A DNA stretch of 64,000 nucleotides from Sporopachydermia quercuum (taxonomy: Eukaryota), in NCBI GenBank assembly GCA_001599295.1, contig BCGN01000005.1:434001-498000 (forward strand), given 5' to 3'. This document shows positions 44,617 to 56,420 of the stretch, one piece after another. The stretch's first letter is position 1. Every line of letters begins with the position of its first letter. The notes under the pieces were generated by a model, which made no database searches, had not been told where the DNA came from, and saw only the letters and a list, made by a program, of their open reading frames with translations. The translations under genes and the position numbers were made by a program.

Positions 44617-47600
44617 TTTCTAGTGTGGATTAATAGATTACTACTAACAACTGTTTTCTTTCCTCACTTGTGATTTCAACTATATATATTAATTTCTTAG
44701 TTCTTAGATCTTAAATTTTTTTTTGGTTTTTTTTTTCTTTTTTTATGGGTTGGTTAAAGGTTTAGAAGATTAGAACTGTATTATATTTTTGTTAAATTGT
44801 ATAGAAATAGAAATATGATTTTTGATGATCTCATGATAGTAGTAGTAGTAGTCGTAAATACTCGCAAATGAAAAGTTGAAGAACATTTGTGAACAATGTT
44901 TAGAAAAAATACTTGATGCGACGGTATCTTAAGAGATTTATTTGGATACAGAATAAAATATATTTTTCTCCATTAGCTCTTCATTACCTGCTTGGAATAC
45001 GGCAATGACTTAATATTCTAGACCTTAGTATATAGGGGCTTGCTTTCTTTGAAACTCTTGATCAAATGATGTTCCACCTTTTCAGTGTATCAAATCTTGC
45101 AAATAACTTTGAATTCAGCACGTTTCATTGGAATCCTTCAAGGATAAAACGTGCAGGTAATAAATAACAAAGGTGAATAGCTTATTATCCTCAATTTTTT
45201 AAATTTTAAGGTTAGCCTACATAGAGTAAGCTAATGAATCTCCAAAAAGGGTAAGTAAAAAGAAAATTTTTATTATACATGAGACTACAGGACCCTACAT
45301 TCAAGGTATTTATTTCATTTGGTGATTTCAACGGTTTTGAAAGGAAAGAACATGTATATAAATTTTACTATTCAGCTCTAATACTTCTCCGGCTATTATT
45401 TATCTCTAGATGTTTACTCTTTAAGAAGCATAAGTGCTTGGGGCAGAGCGCCTTGTTGATTCGTCTTCAACGGGTATGCTATAGGCTATAGTCCTTATTC
45501 TTACCGGGTCTTACACATTCAAACATTATCCAAAAGACAACAGTTCATACATCAGCAATTTGTTCTACATGCATCCATTCGTGTTTATTGAACTGGAAGA
45601 TAAAAGCTATACTTTTCTTAGCCTACTCTGGTTTTTCTTTTCTACTAAATATAAATACCATATTAACTCCTGAGCTTCCTGACTTTTAATCGAAAAGTAT
45701 GTTTGCAAATTCATAGCAAAAACATATTCATTAAGTCTCATCGATGAAGTACTTTTCTATTTCTGCTTAACAAGAGTATGGTTTGAACTTAAATTTCTCA
45801 GCCCAGTCTCTACGTACTTGTATTCCAAAGAGACTATTAATATTATTATACTTATAAACTCACGATACGATGTGCTTGACAATACTTACCATAAAGCCAG
45901 CACATGAATATTCAAAGATAAAAAAGAAAATGGAAGAAATTAAAACGTTGCTCTCGATTTTCAGTTAAAGCTTTCAAAGAAGCTAGTGATTCTCTTTCAT
46001 ATGCTTCAATACAACATATCATCTTCACCATTTTGCTCTTCTCTAAGCGTTCCCATTAACTGGACGTTTTTGCTTTACTTCAAGGATGATACTAAGGATA
46101 AAGTTTTTATCTCATGTAAGAACGTTAAACTGCTTCAACTTTATTTGTCTTCGTAGCAATTAATCATTCAATTTAGAGTTTTCATATTAAGCTTCCAAGC
46201 GAAATTTCCAATTAAGGTATGAAATCTTTAAACTTTATTACACTGGTCTCAACCTTAAAAGTTGTCAGTTAATTCAGAAGATGGACCTTGGCTTAGAAAA
46301 TGAAACACGGAAGCCGAATGTCTAGCAATCATTGCTTCTGGTCTTCTGATAACGTCGGTGGATCGAATTCAATCATTATTATTTCGTGCTCTTTCTTTTT
46401 CAATCTGTGTTGAGTTTCGGGGTATTAATCCAATTTGCTCGTTCTCTCAGATCTGATCCATATCCTTTACTAATAAAGTTAAAGCTCCTAAATTCTGTTG
46501 ACATTCACTTGTTATGAGCCTGAAACAAACAGCTTGTTTAGTAGGTTCCCATATATAAGTGGATACTAGCTATTGCGCTACCTTTTTTGAAACATGTCCA
46601 CTGAATATCGAACAAATGGTCATCAAGTAGATCATATCTATTCAATTTTAGTAACTAAGTACATATAAGGTAGAGTATCAAAAGTATGTCTCACCATATT
46701 CTGTTCTTTTCATTCCTTGTTTCTTCCTCGCATATCTGCCTCCTTCTTAGCACCTTGGCTATTGCTTTCTTCCATCAGAAGCCACAACTCCTACCTATTT
46801 CATGCTTTCATCTCAATTGATCTAATTCCACAGCCTTCCAAAAAAATTTAAATAATAGAATTTAAGTTCTCTCATCTTGGACCTGGAACATCGTAAATCC
46901 ATTTCCAAATGGTTTGTTATTTTACTTAAGTGTCCCAGTTCCTCCGTTCTACAAATTATCTGCAAATAGAGACTGAAAATTACGTAGTTTCAAAGCAAAA
47001 TTAACAATTATTTTAGTTAAAACAATCATACTCATGCGAGCAAATTAAGCGAAAAGATGTAAAATAAAATATAAAAGAAAAAATATAAAATTGAAACTCC
47101 GTTGAATCGAAAAGTCCGAGACATTTATGTGAGTGCCGATAATCGAGCAATCGAGTGGTTGTTCGGTATTATGATTATTGAGGGTGGATCACCAGGAACT
47201 TCGAATAGGAATAGTTATATCTGGTTAGAAAGGACACTTTGAACAAGTAGGCCCCTGAAATAAATTATTAAATGTTACATATTGTTGGAATAAACTAATG
47301 ATCGAAACATTGTTTGTTTGTTATCTTCATATTCAACCTCCTATTAATTGATGAGCTATTGAGTGAGAATAACTATGAAGCACTGATTTCCCAGTATGGG
47401 TAATCAAAGAAAATGTATACGATGTCTACCAATATTTTACACGCGCTTATAACTAATCGTAGTCCAGTATGAGCTTGTAAAGGCCTGCCTCATAAAAACA
47501 TACAACTTATACGCTATTATTTCTAATCATTTGTATAATTCTCACGTGTCACGTATTCTAGCCATCTTGCTTTGTCCTGAATCACAAAGAAAATGAACAG

Positions 47601-47767
47601 GCTAATTGAACTTGACTAGAGACAAACACTCCCAATAATAAAACAGTATATTAATATTCATAATGTTAATAGATAACCTCTATAACCACACGTTTCATCC
47701 TTACAACACCTTTTTCAAAGAGCTTTCAAAAACAAGAACATTCTTGTACTTCTATCGGTATTAGAAT

Positions 47768-48526
47768 TTATTCTTGCTTTTTAGCTGCAGCTGATTCACT
47801 TTTCCGTGTCGATTCTAATATTAATCCTCTAAGAAATGTGTTCTCCATTTCCAGTAAAGATAGCTTTTTATTCAGTTCTTCAACTTGTTCCATCAAATCA
47901 TTGACCCTTGTGGATAGCTCTTTTTCTTTCATTTTCCTTTTTTGGCGGAATCTCGAAGAAGCAGCTAAATTCCTTCTCCGTCGCTCTTCTTTCTCAGCAT
48001 CTTGAAGAGATTCAGATGTCATATCTGAGTTAATGGTTCTAGGTGTTTCAATATCTGATTGAGGTTCTTGAGATAATCTTGATTGACTCGTAGCTGCGGT
48101 GTTTTGTCTTGAAGATGATTTCGCTCTTGTTTGAGCAGGTGTAGGACCTACTGATGATAGTGGCTGTGGAGCGTTGATTATTTGATGATACTGTAGAGCT
48201 GATGTCGGCAGCAATGATATGTTCTTATTAGACGAGTTATCTCTTGGTTCGCCAGGCCTTGCAGGAAATGTCCCATGAAGACTTTGCCAAGTGTGATTCT
48301 CTAATGATGTCTGTACAGGTATTGCTGCCTGAAAAGTACTAGTTGATGGTTCCATATGGTTTGCTTGTGCTTGGGCTTGTGCTTGACTCTGGGGTTGTTG
48401 GTGCTGCTGCTGTTGATGTTCAATTTGTTGATGTATCTGTTGATTCAGTTGCTGCTGTATATGATTTTGCAAATCTTGTTCATCAAACTCCCATGACGAC
48501 ATGTCGATGTTTGTCTTACCAAACAT
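47768..48526 (-). CDS. bZIP transcription factor of the Met28/MetR/CYS-3 type
   Basis: Gln-rich N-terminus; basic region EERRRRNLAASSRFRQKRK followed by a Leu zipper (L...LEMENTFLRGLI). Alternative ATG at 48502. Confidence 0.82.
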   Translation of the reverse strand: MFGKTNIDMSSWEFDEQDLQNHIQQQLNQQIHQQIEHQQQQHQQPQSQAQAQAQANHMEPSTSTFQAAIPVQTSLENHTWQSLHGTFPARPGEPRDNSSNKNISLLPTSALQYHQIINAPQPLSSVGPTPAQTRAKSSSRQNTAATSQSRLSQEPQSDIETPRTINSDMTSESLQDAEKEERRRRNLAASSRFRQKRKMKEKELSTRVNDLMEQVEELNKKLSLLEMENTFLRGLILESTRKSESAAAKKQE

Positions 48527-49036
48527 TTTGGTGCTTGAGAGTATCTGCTTCTTCTACGCTTCTTGGTTTAGTCTTTATTTATATCGTCACTCAAGTTCCA
48601 ACTCCACTACCTCTTGTATTAAACACAAGAGCTTCAATCCCAATTGATGAACTAAATACCAAAACTTATACTAACTTAATTAGATAAATTTAAATCTTTC
48701 CATTTGTAGTTTAACGTCATTATAATTCAATAAAACTAGCATGCATTTCTCTTACTAATTCAACCCTGGAAAGAATCAAGCAAGTAAAAGCAAGAATACT
48801 ACTTCGTAATTACTGGACAACTTCATTGCCTTTCATTCCATTACTTTTTCTTCTTTCAAGCTACATTGGCCGGATTTGGTTCCTTTCCAGTTTATGCTGT
48901 CTCATTAATATATTCTTTCTTGTTTCTATTTCTCTTTTTCTTATAGTAAACCCTCTTTTGTTACCTTTCATTGTACTTTAGTTTTAGTATGCTTATTTTG
49001 ATCAATTGCTCATCTCGTTAGTGAAATGATGGTTGA

Positions 49037-49043
49037 TCACGTG
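49037..49043. promoter_or_regulatory. TCACGTG (Cbf1-type E-box) about 510 bp upstream of the bZIP gene
   Basis: Exact match; such sites are typical of sulfur-regulon promoters. Confidence 0.4.
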
Positions 49044-50546
49044 CAATCAGGCTTATCTTGTGTCATTATGAGGAATGACGAAAGAAGATAACGATAGACT
49101 TCATGATGATTTGGCAATACAGAAGAATCGGAGTTATAATCTATCAATGCAAAAGACTTTATTCTAGATAATGTTTATTTTGTTTTAATTCTAAATAATG
49201 TCCTACTTTTGTTTAGTACTTAGAATTCTTAGATTATACTCATTGTTTGATGGATCATAAAGCGCGATACCAATTTCAAGGGTACACAAGGTGGAAACAG
49301 AAAAAGAAACAGAAAAAATAGTGCCAATGAGGAAAATAGAGTTTGGCACTAGTTCAACAGTGAAGAAAGTTAGTTTCAAGGAGAGTGTTTTGGTTTGAAG
49401 TACGATGTTGTTTGAATATAACAAATAGCCTGTGCAAGTCTATAAGCTGTTGTATTGACTATCTAAATTAAATAAAGTTGAATACGGGGATTGTTAGTTG
49501 GTTTATTGTTTTTTCTTAGCTTATGTAATTGAACGTTTTAAAAAAAGCACTCATTACTAACTTTATTTCATGGGATAGATCATCAAGTTGACTTGGAGAT
49601 GGTTTTGCTAGAAGCTATATACTGTAATGCCAGTGAGATTAATTATTCAACAGAATCATCATGTTTACAGGCACAATGTTCGTTACTGTTAGTTTGATTC
49701 ATCATTTCAATATTTTTTTTTTGCCTTCAAATAGAATGCTCAACTTCAAGTTGGACACAGGAATTACTCTAACAATTGGGTTCCGGCCTTAGCAACAAAG
49801 TCGTTTTTCTCACACAACTCCAAAACTCCGAATCTCCAGTGTTAATAAATCAGTTAAAGCTAGTCTAACCTTCATCTGCTGTCAATGCGTCATTTCATCC
49901 GTTTTTTGATCATATTTTTATCCTCTCTAGCTTAGCTGTCTTCTCTAATTCTTTTCTCTTCCTTCTTTACCTTCTTCCTCTTCACCTTACAGATTCTTTT
50001 GTTTCAGTTGCCGTTTTCTGACAAACTATAATCTGAAGTTAATTTCCTAGTTAAATCCTCTGCATCTCAGGTTTTTATTTACCATTGGAGAAGCTTTTTT
50101 CGGTAGCGTAGTAGTCATGTATAATTATGCATAATCTGCAAAGCTGGCATGTTTATGCCTATTCATATTCCTTGGCTCATTGGTCAATTAGCTAACTGAC
50201 TGAGTTGACCCCACCAGTAGTTAGTTAACTGGTTAGGCATGTGAGTATAGACATCTTATAATACATCGGATAAATGTTAGTGGATTCCGGTGATACCACG
50301 ACGGAAAGGAGGTTGAAGAGACCGATAGTTTATTATATTGATGCAACTAAATGTTTGTTGATATTTAATTAGAGTTGATAATTGTTTTATTGTTTCAAGC
50401 CAATTGATAAGTTGCTGAGCTAATTAGTCGATTATATGGAATTATAATACCCTATTGAGACAGAAAGTGTTGGGGCGGTTCGCATTGAATACTCATAAAG
50501 TGTATCTCATCAAAACAGATATCCATAGTACATAACTTTAAGCGAA

Positions 50547-52115
50547 ATGATGTCAAAAAGGTTGAAATTTCAACCAATTACGAGAAATCTTTATGGTAGA
50601 TTATCTCAATGGGACAATCGTGCTATCATTCAAAAAGCTAATCACCGTTGCATTTCCTCAAGCTCAAAAGCACAAACGAAGCAAAGCGAGAGTGATCTTG
50701 AAGATGATGAAAACCGACAAATATTGTTTGTCCCTCATGCTGTTCAATCAGCTAAATTTAGAGCAGTTACATGGCTGAAAGCATTGAAAGAAAGACAAAA
50801 ACAAGCGAAGGAAGGAAAAGTTTATGATTCCTATTCATTCAAATCAGTTAAAACTAACAGGGTAACTGATAAAACAAGATCAGAATCCTTTTCATATGTT
50901 ACATTGCCATTCAAACAAGATGAATGGTTATTAGATGCTTATGTTAATCATGCTGGTAGATTAAGGATTGGTCAACTATTTCAAGACTTAGATGCTTTGG
51001 CTGGTGTTATTGCTTATAAGCATTGTGCCCCAGCGGAACCAGTTATTGTTACTGCTTCAGTTGATAGGATTTACATGCTTAAAAGATTAGAAAATCTAGA
51101 AAAGCAAAACATTGTCCTATCGGGTTGTGTTACATTTACAGGTAGATCCTCAATGGAAATTACCATTAGAGCGTCAACTACAGAAGAAGATTTACCTCAC
51201 AAGATTACTGAGGATACAATTAAAGATGAAGATGTTTTCCTTACTGCAGGTTTCACATTTGTTGCTCGTCATCCGGAAACTAGGAAAGCGTTCCCTATAA
51301 ATAAATTATTACCATTAACTCAAGATGAATGGTTAAACTTTAGAAGAGCTGAAAGTTATAACGCGGCAAAGAAACTGAATGCAGCTAAAACTGCTTTATC
51401 AATCTCTGCTCCATCAGAAGAAGAATCAAGATTGATTCATCAAATGTGGAAAGAGCAAGCCTTATATTCTGATCCTTTATCTGAGGTTGAAAGACCTAAA
51501 GGCATTATGAATATGTCTGATACAACCATATCATCAACATTAATTATGCAACCTCAGTATAGAAATAGACATTCATATATGATTTTTGGCGGATACTTAT
51601 TAAGACAAACTTTTGAATTGGCTTATTGTTGTGCTGCTGCTTTCTCAAACTCAATTCCAAGATTTGTTTCTCTAGATTCAACTACTTTCAAATCTCCTGT
51701 ACCAGTCGGTTCTGTCTTGTACATGTCGGCAACTGTTTCCTATACTGAACATATTCACACTAAAGATTTAACACAGGCAGCTGATACTTTACCTGATGCT
51801 GAAACTCATTTCGAAGAACATATTACTAATCACTCGCCCTCTATTCTATCCAAACCAACTCCAGGAACTCTTGTTCAAGTTCAGGTTAAAACTGCGGTCA
51901 GAGATCTTCATCGTAATACAACAAAAGATAGTGGTGTGTTTATCTATTCATTCTTTGTTCCTAAGATTGAACAACCAAATTCTGATGCTGTGAATGCTTC
52001 TGGTTATTGTTCAGTTGTTCCTCAAACGTATCAAGAAATGATGGATTATTTAGAAGGAAGAAGGAAAGTAAGGGAAACTGCAAAATTCTCAAAGAATTTC
52101 AGTGCTGCTGAATAG
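50547..52115 (+). CDS. Mitochondrial double-hotdog acyl-CoA thioesterase (ACOT9-like)
   Basis: Presequence; GRLRIGQLFQDLDALAG, IVTASVDRI, TGRSSMEI, MQPQYRNRH..IFGGYLLRQTFELA, F.SPVPVGS, VVPQTYQEMMDYLEGRR. Confidence 0.9.
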   Translation: MMSKRLKFQPITRNLYGRLSQWDNRAIIQKANHRCISSSSKAQTKQSESDLEDDENRQILFVPHAVQSAKFRAVTWLKALKERQKQAKEGKVYDSYSFKSVKTNRVTDKTRSESFSYVTLPFKQDEWLLDAYVNHAGRLRIGQLFQDLDALAGVIAYKHCAPAEPVIVTASVDRIYMLKRLENLEKQNIVLSGCVTFTGRSSMEITIRASTTEEDLPHKITEDTIKDEDVFLTAGFTFVARHPETRKAFPINKLLPLTQDEWLNFRRAESYNAAKKLNAAKTALSISAPSEEESRLIHQMWKEQALYSDPLSEVERPKGIMNMSDTTISSTLIMQPQYRNRHSYMIFGGYLLRQTFELAYCCAAAFSNSIPRFVSLDSTTFKSPVPVGSVLYMSATVSYTEHIHTKDLTQAADTLPDAETHFEEHITNHSPSILSKPTPGTLVQVQVKTAVRDLHRNTTKDSGVFIYSFFVPKIEQPNSDAVNASGYCSVVPQTYQEMMDYLEGRRKVRETAKFSKNFSAAE

Positions 52116-52652
52116 TTGGTTGGCGTTGGATATGTTGAATGACTATTATTGCGTTATTGGTAGAACAAGATAAATGGTAGCTTCAATGATAAAGAATACC
52201 TATCATCTTAGAATTCTCTAATACTGATTAGAGGTAATATCTTACTTACTTGCGCAAGTAGTTATAATAATATAAGCTACATAATATTGTTCAGTAGTTA
52301 TCAGAGTAACCAAACTGGTTAAATTAAATTGTTAATAAAAGACTTCGAATAAAATTAATAGTTCATTAAAGAGATCATATATACCTGGTGATTAATTATG
52401 CATATAATCAGGAAAGAATCAAAATAAATAAAATAAAATAAAGGGAATGACAAAATAACGGTCAAATATCAACTATTTTTGACATAAAAAAACCAAGAAC
52501 TCCAAAATCAAATAATAAGAAAACCCAATAATTGAATAACCATACAGAAAAGAAAAACACCATCAAATAATCAATAATCTAACTAACAAACAAACAAATC
52601 AACAAGCTATTAAACTAATAAAAAAAGTTTTACGACAAACCAAGCTCAATAT

Positions 52653-55373
52653 TTATAGAAATGCTAATTCGGCAGAAACGCTTTTCGATATTCCAATAAT
52701 ACCATTGGTTGAATCACCAGATACATCAGGAGTTCTTCCTTCCTTAGTGAAGTCAACTAACTTAACATTCTCAGGTTGTGAACCATTCTCGTTATAAATT
52801 TGCGAAGACTTTCTTCTGTATTCCTCACTGTTATTATGATAGATAAACGATGAGTTAACTGGTTGATTGTTATTCATATTGTTCAATGAATCATTGGTCT
52901 CACTAGTACTGATAACACTTGTTCTTGATTTTGATTCAAGTCCATAAATGCTTTGGAAATTGATTGATTTTGTCTTTTGATTTTTATAGTGAAGATCTGG
53001 AGAAACTGCATCTTCTTCAACGACAGCCGCTAAATTTGACATAACTGACATTCTTTGAGATTTACTTCTTCTTTTATTTGATTCTTCCTCGTCATTATTA
53101 TCACTGTTGTTAAGACTAGTGTTATTATCGTCAGTAAATGAGTGTCTGGGTGAAATGATAACTGAGGCAGTTGATCCTAGGAATTCAGATTCTCTAAATC
53201 CTAAATGACTTCTTCTTTCTTCTAGGACTTTATTTACTTTTTCAACATCTTCATCATCGCTATCAACTAATCTAACACTGAATAGCTCATCTGTTGATAC
53301 TGTTGCTAAAGAATTCATTGATTGTCTATCATGCCACTTGGATCTTGAATCAATAGTTCTTCTCCAGGATTTTCTTACTTGGGCAACTGCTGGAGCCTTT
53401 GGCGAAGAATTTGATGGCTTGCTTGATCCATTTGGTAAATCATCAAGTAATCTATCTGAACTTCTAGCCATCGCATCAAAGTATTCGAAATCTGATGATC
53501 CTGAGCCTGATCCTGTTGAATTATTATTATTACGGTCACTATGGCCTTTGATTAATCTGTCATTTTCATCATAGCTCAAATCTGAGCCAGATCTATTGCT
53601 TGAGTTAGTGCTTGAAGAATCAAACACCATAGCCATATTTTTCTCATTGTCAAACAAGCTTAGTGATGCCAATCTATGAGGAGCATCCCATTCATTTGAA
53701 TTTGAACCTTTTTGATTCGCCCATTTGGCTTCAGGGCCATTATGAGGATTATTGAGAATTGGACCAGAAATCGCTTTAGATTTCTCGTTAAATGATGATG
53801 AATTATCATAGCCATCGGCCAGTTCTCTAGATCTTTCACGACGTCTTCTTCTGCAACAAAAAAATAGTAATATTGCCAAGAAAATTAGGAAAACAATAGG
53901 AATAACAGTACCACATACAATCGCTACAGTTTTATTACTATTGGACTTCTTGCTACTTGCTACTCCTGCTGCAGTACTTGTAGCTTCCGATTCATCACTT
54001 GTTCTATTGCCCGTAGATGTCGTAGAACTACTAGATGTGGTTGAAGTTGAAGAGGAACTGGAGGTTGAAGTTGGAACATCAATTGGATCAACACCTTTTA
54101 TAACAAAACTTAGAGTGTCAGACTGATCCAAATCAGAGTCAGTTCCTTGGATGGTGATCGAGACAGAGTCAAAATCCTCAGGCACCTCTCCTTTAAATGA
54201 AAGTGTTGAAGAATCAAATTCAAGCCATTCAGATGCTTCTTCAGGATCATATGTAACATTGAACTTGATGTTGTTCGTTGAACTAACTTGTTCTACAGGG
54301 ACTGTGAAATTGAATTCATCTCCTTTTGTTGCATTAACAGAATCCAAGTGATTGACTTTGAAAATAGTATCCATGATTTGAATAGAAATCTTCAAGACAA
54401 CATTATTGCCGTAGATATCTTCAACGTTGACTCTGAGCTCCTGTGAATCGCTAGCTTCGTTTGGAACTGTTCCCGAGAGAACACCAGTATCCGAATTGAG
54501 TGTCACCCAACTTGAATTAGAGTCGGATAGAGTTATTGATTGGATGTCAGAAGAGGTGATTGGGCTTCCATCGAAAGTGACATAAGGGAAAATTTGAAAC
54601 TGGAAATCGCCCCCAGCAATTGAATTCAAATCAATTTGGGTCATATTGGTACTCAATTGATGAGCTCCCACAATGATTTGGAAAGAGCCCGAAGAACCTG
54701 TAAAACCTGCATAATCAGTCNCAATCAAGATGAATTCAAAATTAATTGATGGTGCAATATCAGAGTTGATTGCTGGAGCATTTCCGTAGAAAGTTAGGTT
54801 ATCGCCTGGTGAGAAATGAATCCACGCTGGTAGGGGTGAATGATTGCTCGATCTACCATAATAAGTAGAAATATCATAACCGTCAGCTGGAACGCTAAAT
54901 GTGTCGTAAGGAAAATTGACTTGGAAGGCATCACCAGGCATTAAAACAATACCATCGTTACCATTTGTAGTGGTGAAGGTTGATATTTCTGAGTTAATAG
55001 AGCTTTGATTGACAACTGGAGGAGGAGCAGTTGAAACAATCAAGGAACAATCTGAGTTCAAGACTGAACCATCAGAAGAATCAGTTCCTTGCAATGTAAA
55101 TGTTATAGTCTGGTCCCCTTGTGATCCATTAGTTGGTGTGCCTGTAAGGTATAGTGAATCAGGATCGAAATACAACCAATCAGGACCATCAATCAAAGCA
55201 TAAGTAACAGTTCCACCGGAGTTCGATTTGAATGTATTACTGTTCAACTGGTATGAATATTCAACATCGTAACGAGCAGCTGGTGGTACTTGACCATTGA
55301 ATGGGAAAGTTTCAACAATTGCAGCTATAGCTATTGCTGATAACTGTAGAAGCAAAAGTAATAGACTCAACAT
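52653..55373 (-). CDS. AXL2: Axial budding landmark protein (cadherin-like repeats, TM, cytosolic tail)
   Basis: Signal peptide from ATG 55373; FPFNGQVPPAAR, PDWLYFD, LPAWIHF...FYGNAP, IIVGAHQLST; S/T linker; VAIVCGTVIP TM then CCRRRR; C-terminal KLVDF. Confidence 0.92.
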   Translation of the reverse strand: MLSLLLLLLQLSAIAIAAIVETFPFNGQVPPAARYDVEYSYQLNSNTFKSNSGGTVTYALIDGPDWLYFDPDSLYLTGTPTNGSQGDQTITFTLQGTDSSDGSVLNSDCSLIVSTAPPPVVNQSSINSEISTFTTTNGNDGIVLMPGDAFQVNFPYDTFSVPADGYDISTYYGRSSNHSPLPAWIHFSPGDNLTFYGNAPAINSDIAPSINFEFILIXTDYAGFTGSSGSFQIIVGAHQLSTNMTQIDLNSIAGGDFQFQIFPYVTFDGSPITSSDIQSITLSDSNSSWVTLNSDTGVLSGTVPNEASDSQELRVNVEDIYGNNVVLKISIQIMDTIFKVNHLDSVNATKGDEFNFTVPVEQVSSTNNIKFNVTYDPEEASEWLEFDSSTLSFKGEVPEDFDSVSITIQGTDSDLDQSDTLSFVIKGVDPIDVPTSTSSSSSTSTTSSSSTTSTGNRTSDESEATSTAAGVASSKKSNSNKTVAIVCGTVIPIVFLIFLAILLFFCCRRRRRERSRELADGYDNSSSFNEKSKAISGPILNNPHNGPEAKWANQKGSNSNEWDAPHRLASLSLFDNEKNMAMVFDSSSTNSSNRSGSDLSYDENDRLIKGHSDRNNNNSTGSGSGSSDFEYFDAMARSSDRLLDDLPNGSSKPSNSSPKAPAVAQVRKSWRRTIDSRSKWHDRQSMNSLATVSTDELFSVRLVDSDDEDVEKVNKVLEERRSHLGFRESEFLGSTASVIISPRHSFTDDNNTSLNNSDNNDEEESNKRRSKSQRMSVMSNLAAVVEEDAVSPDLHYKNQKTKSINFQSIYGLESKSRTSVISTSETNDSLNNMNNNQPVNSSFIYHNNSEEYRRKSSQIYNENGSQPENVKLVDFTKEGRTPDVSGDSTNGIIGISKSVSAELAFL

Positions 55374-55769
55374 TGTAAANGAATATATGCTGTTGTACAC
55401 AAATCAATACTCGGAATGAAATTACCTAGATCTATTCTTCTCCGATCTTCGTGTTCTATCAAGTAACTTCTTTGATTGACACTTTCGCTTTTCTTCACCT
55501 TACTCAATGAGTAGAAAGAGAACAAGTATAATCAATGAAGTTAAAAGATGAAGCAAAGTAAGAGAGAAAGGGAGAGGAAAAAGAAGGGCAGAACAGGGAA
55601 AAAACAGAGCAGGAAGGAAAGAAGGCTGACCTCGACTGACAGGAAAGGGATCAATGATTGAATAGTACTAGAGTAGGAAGTGTTGATTGGTAAGTCAGTC
55701 AATACCCCTAATTAGTCAATTGGCTTCCTAAAAATTAGCTTGATGATAATATTTTGCTCTCGATAGTAG

Positions 55770-56420
55770 ACGCGAAATCTGTTGAACAATCGGAGAATTA
55801 TGAGGGAGAAGTGTATCAAAAGTCTGAAAGTTGTNAACTGGAAGATCAAATATGATGATTTGGCTATTGGGCTCATCGTAGTGGAACGCGTATCAATCGA
55901 ATCAATCGCTTGGAAGAAGACAATGAATGATTTTGAATTAAAACATTCCCATTTCAGAAAAATTGTGTTTGATTTAAGAGAAATTACCTTTTCGGAACTA
56001 ATTCCAGTATAGATATTATTTTCAGTTTCCTTTTTAATCAATGAATCATTGATATTTCGTGTGTTTATCAATTCGTTCCTTCAATTCTCTGGTAAATATT
56101 TACTTGGGTTTACCTAAAACAGTAAAGTGATAGAAATAAATTTAATTTGAGCTAAAGATCACATCTCCTAAACGGGACAAAAATTAGATGTTTCCTGGTT
56201 AAGGTTTCCAAATAAAGTTCGAGAAGGGTTTAATAAAGTTAGAGTTAGACATTTGACTTGAGTGTAGCTGAGTTTTCGCTTACTTAAGTTAATTGAAGAA
56301 AGAGACGCGACGACGCGTCAAGGAAGTTTAAAAACTACTTGACTATTTCAAGGCTTCTTACATCCATTCTGAGACAATTAACATATAAAAGGTTGAAGTT
56401 GGGGGGTGAACTTTTCGCGT
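55770..56420. promoter_or_regulatory. MCB/SCB-type G1/S elements upstream of AXL2
   Basis: ACGCGAAA at 55770-55777, ACGCGA at 56305, ACGCGT at 56313, TTTCGCGT at 56413-56420. CGCG is otherwise rare in this AT-rich intergenic DNA. Confidence 0.6.

Noticed and set aside
45882..45892. ATACTTACC resembling the U1 snRNA 5' end
   Set aside because: It lacks the following U, the U1-70K loop and an Sm site.
49060..49071. TGTGTCATTATG (CVIM) as an a-factor CAAX end
   Set aside because: No stop codon follows directly.
1..52115. PDB1, PCS60, ACAD and ACOT9 as an acyl-CoA metabolic gene cluster
   Set aside because: They are spread over 52 kb among unrelated housekeeping genes and act in different compartments.
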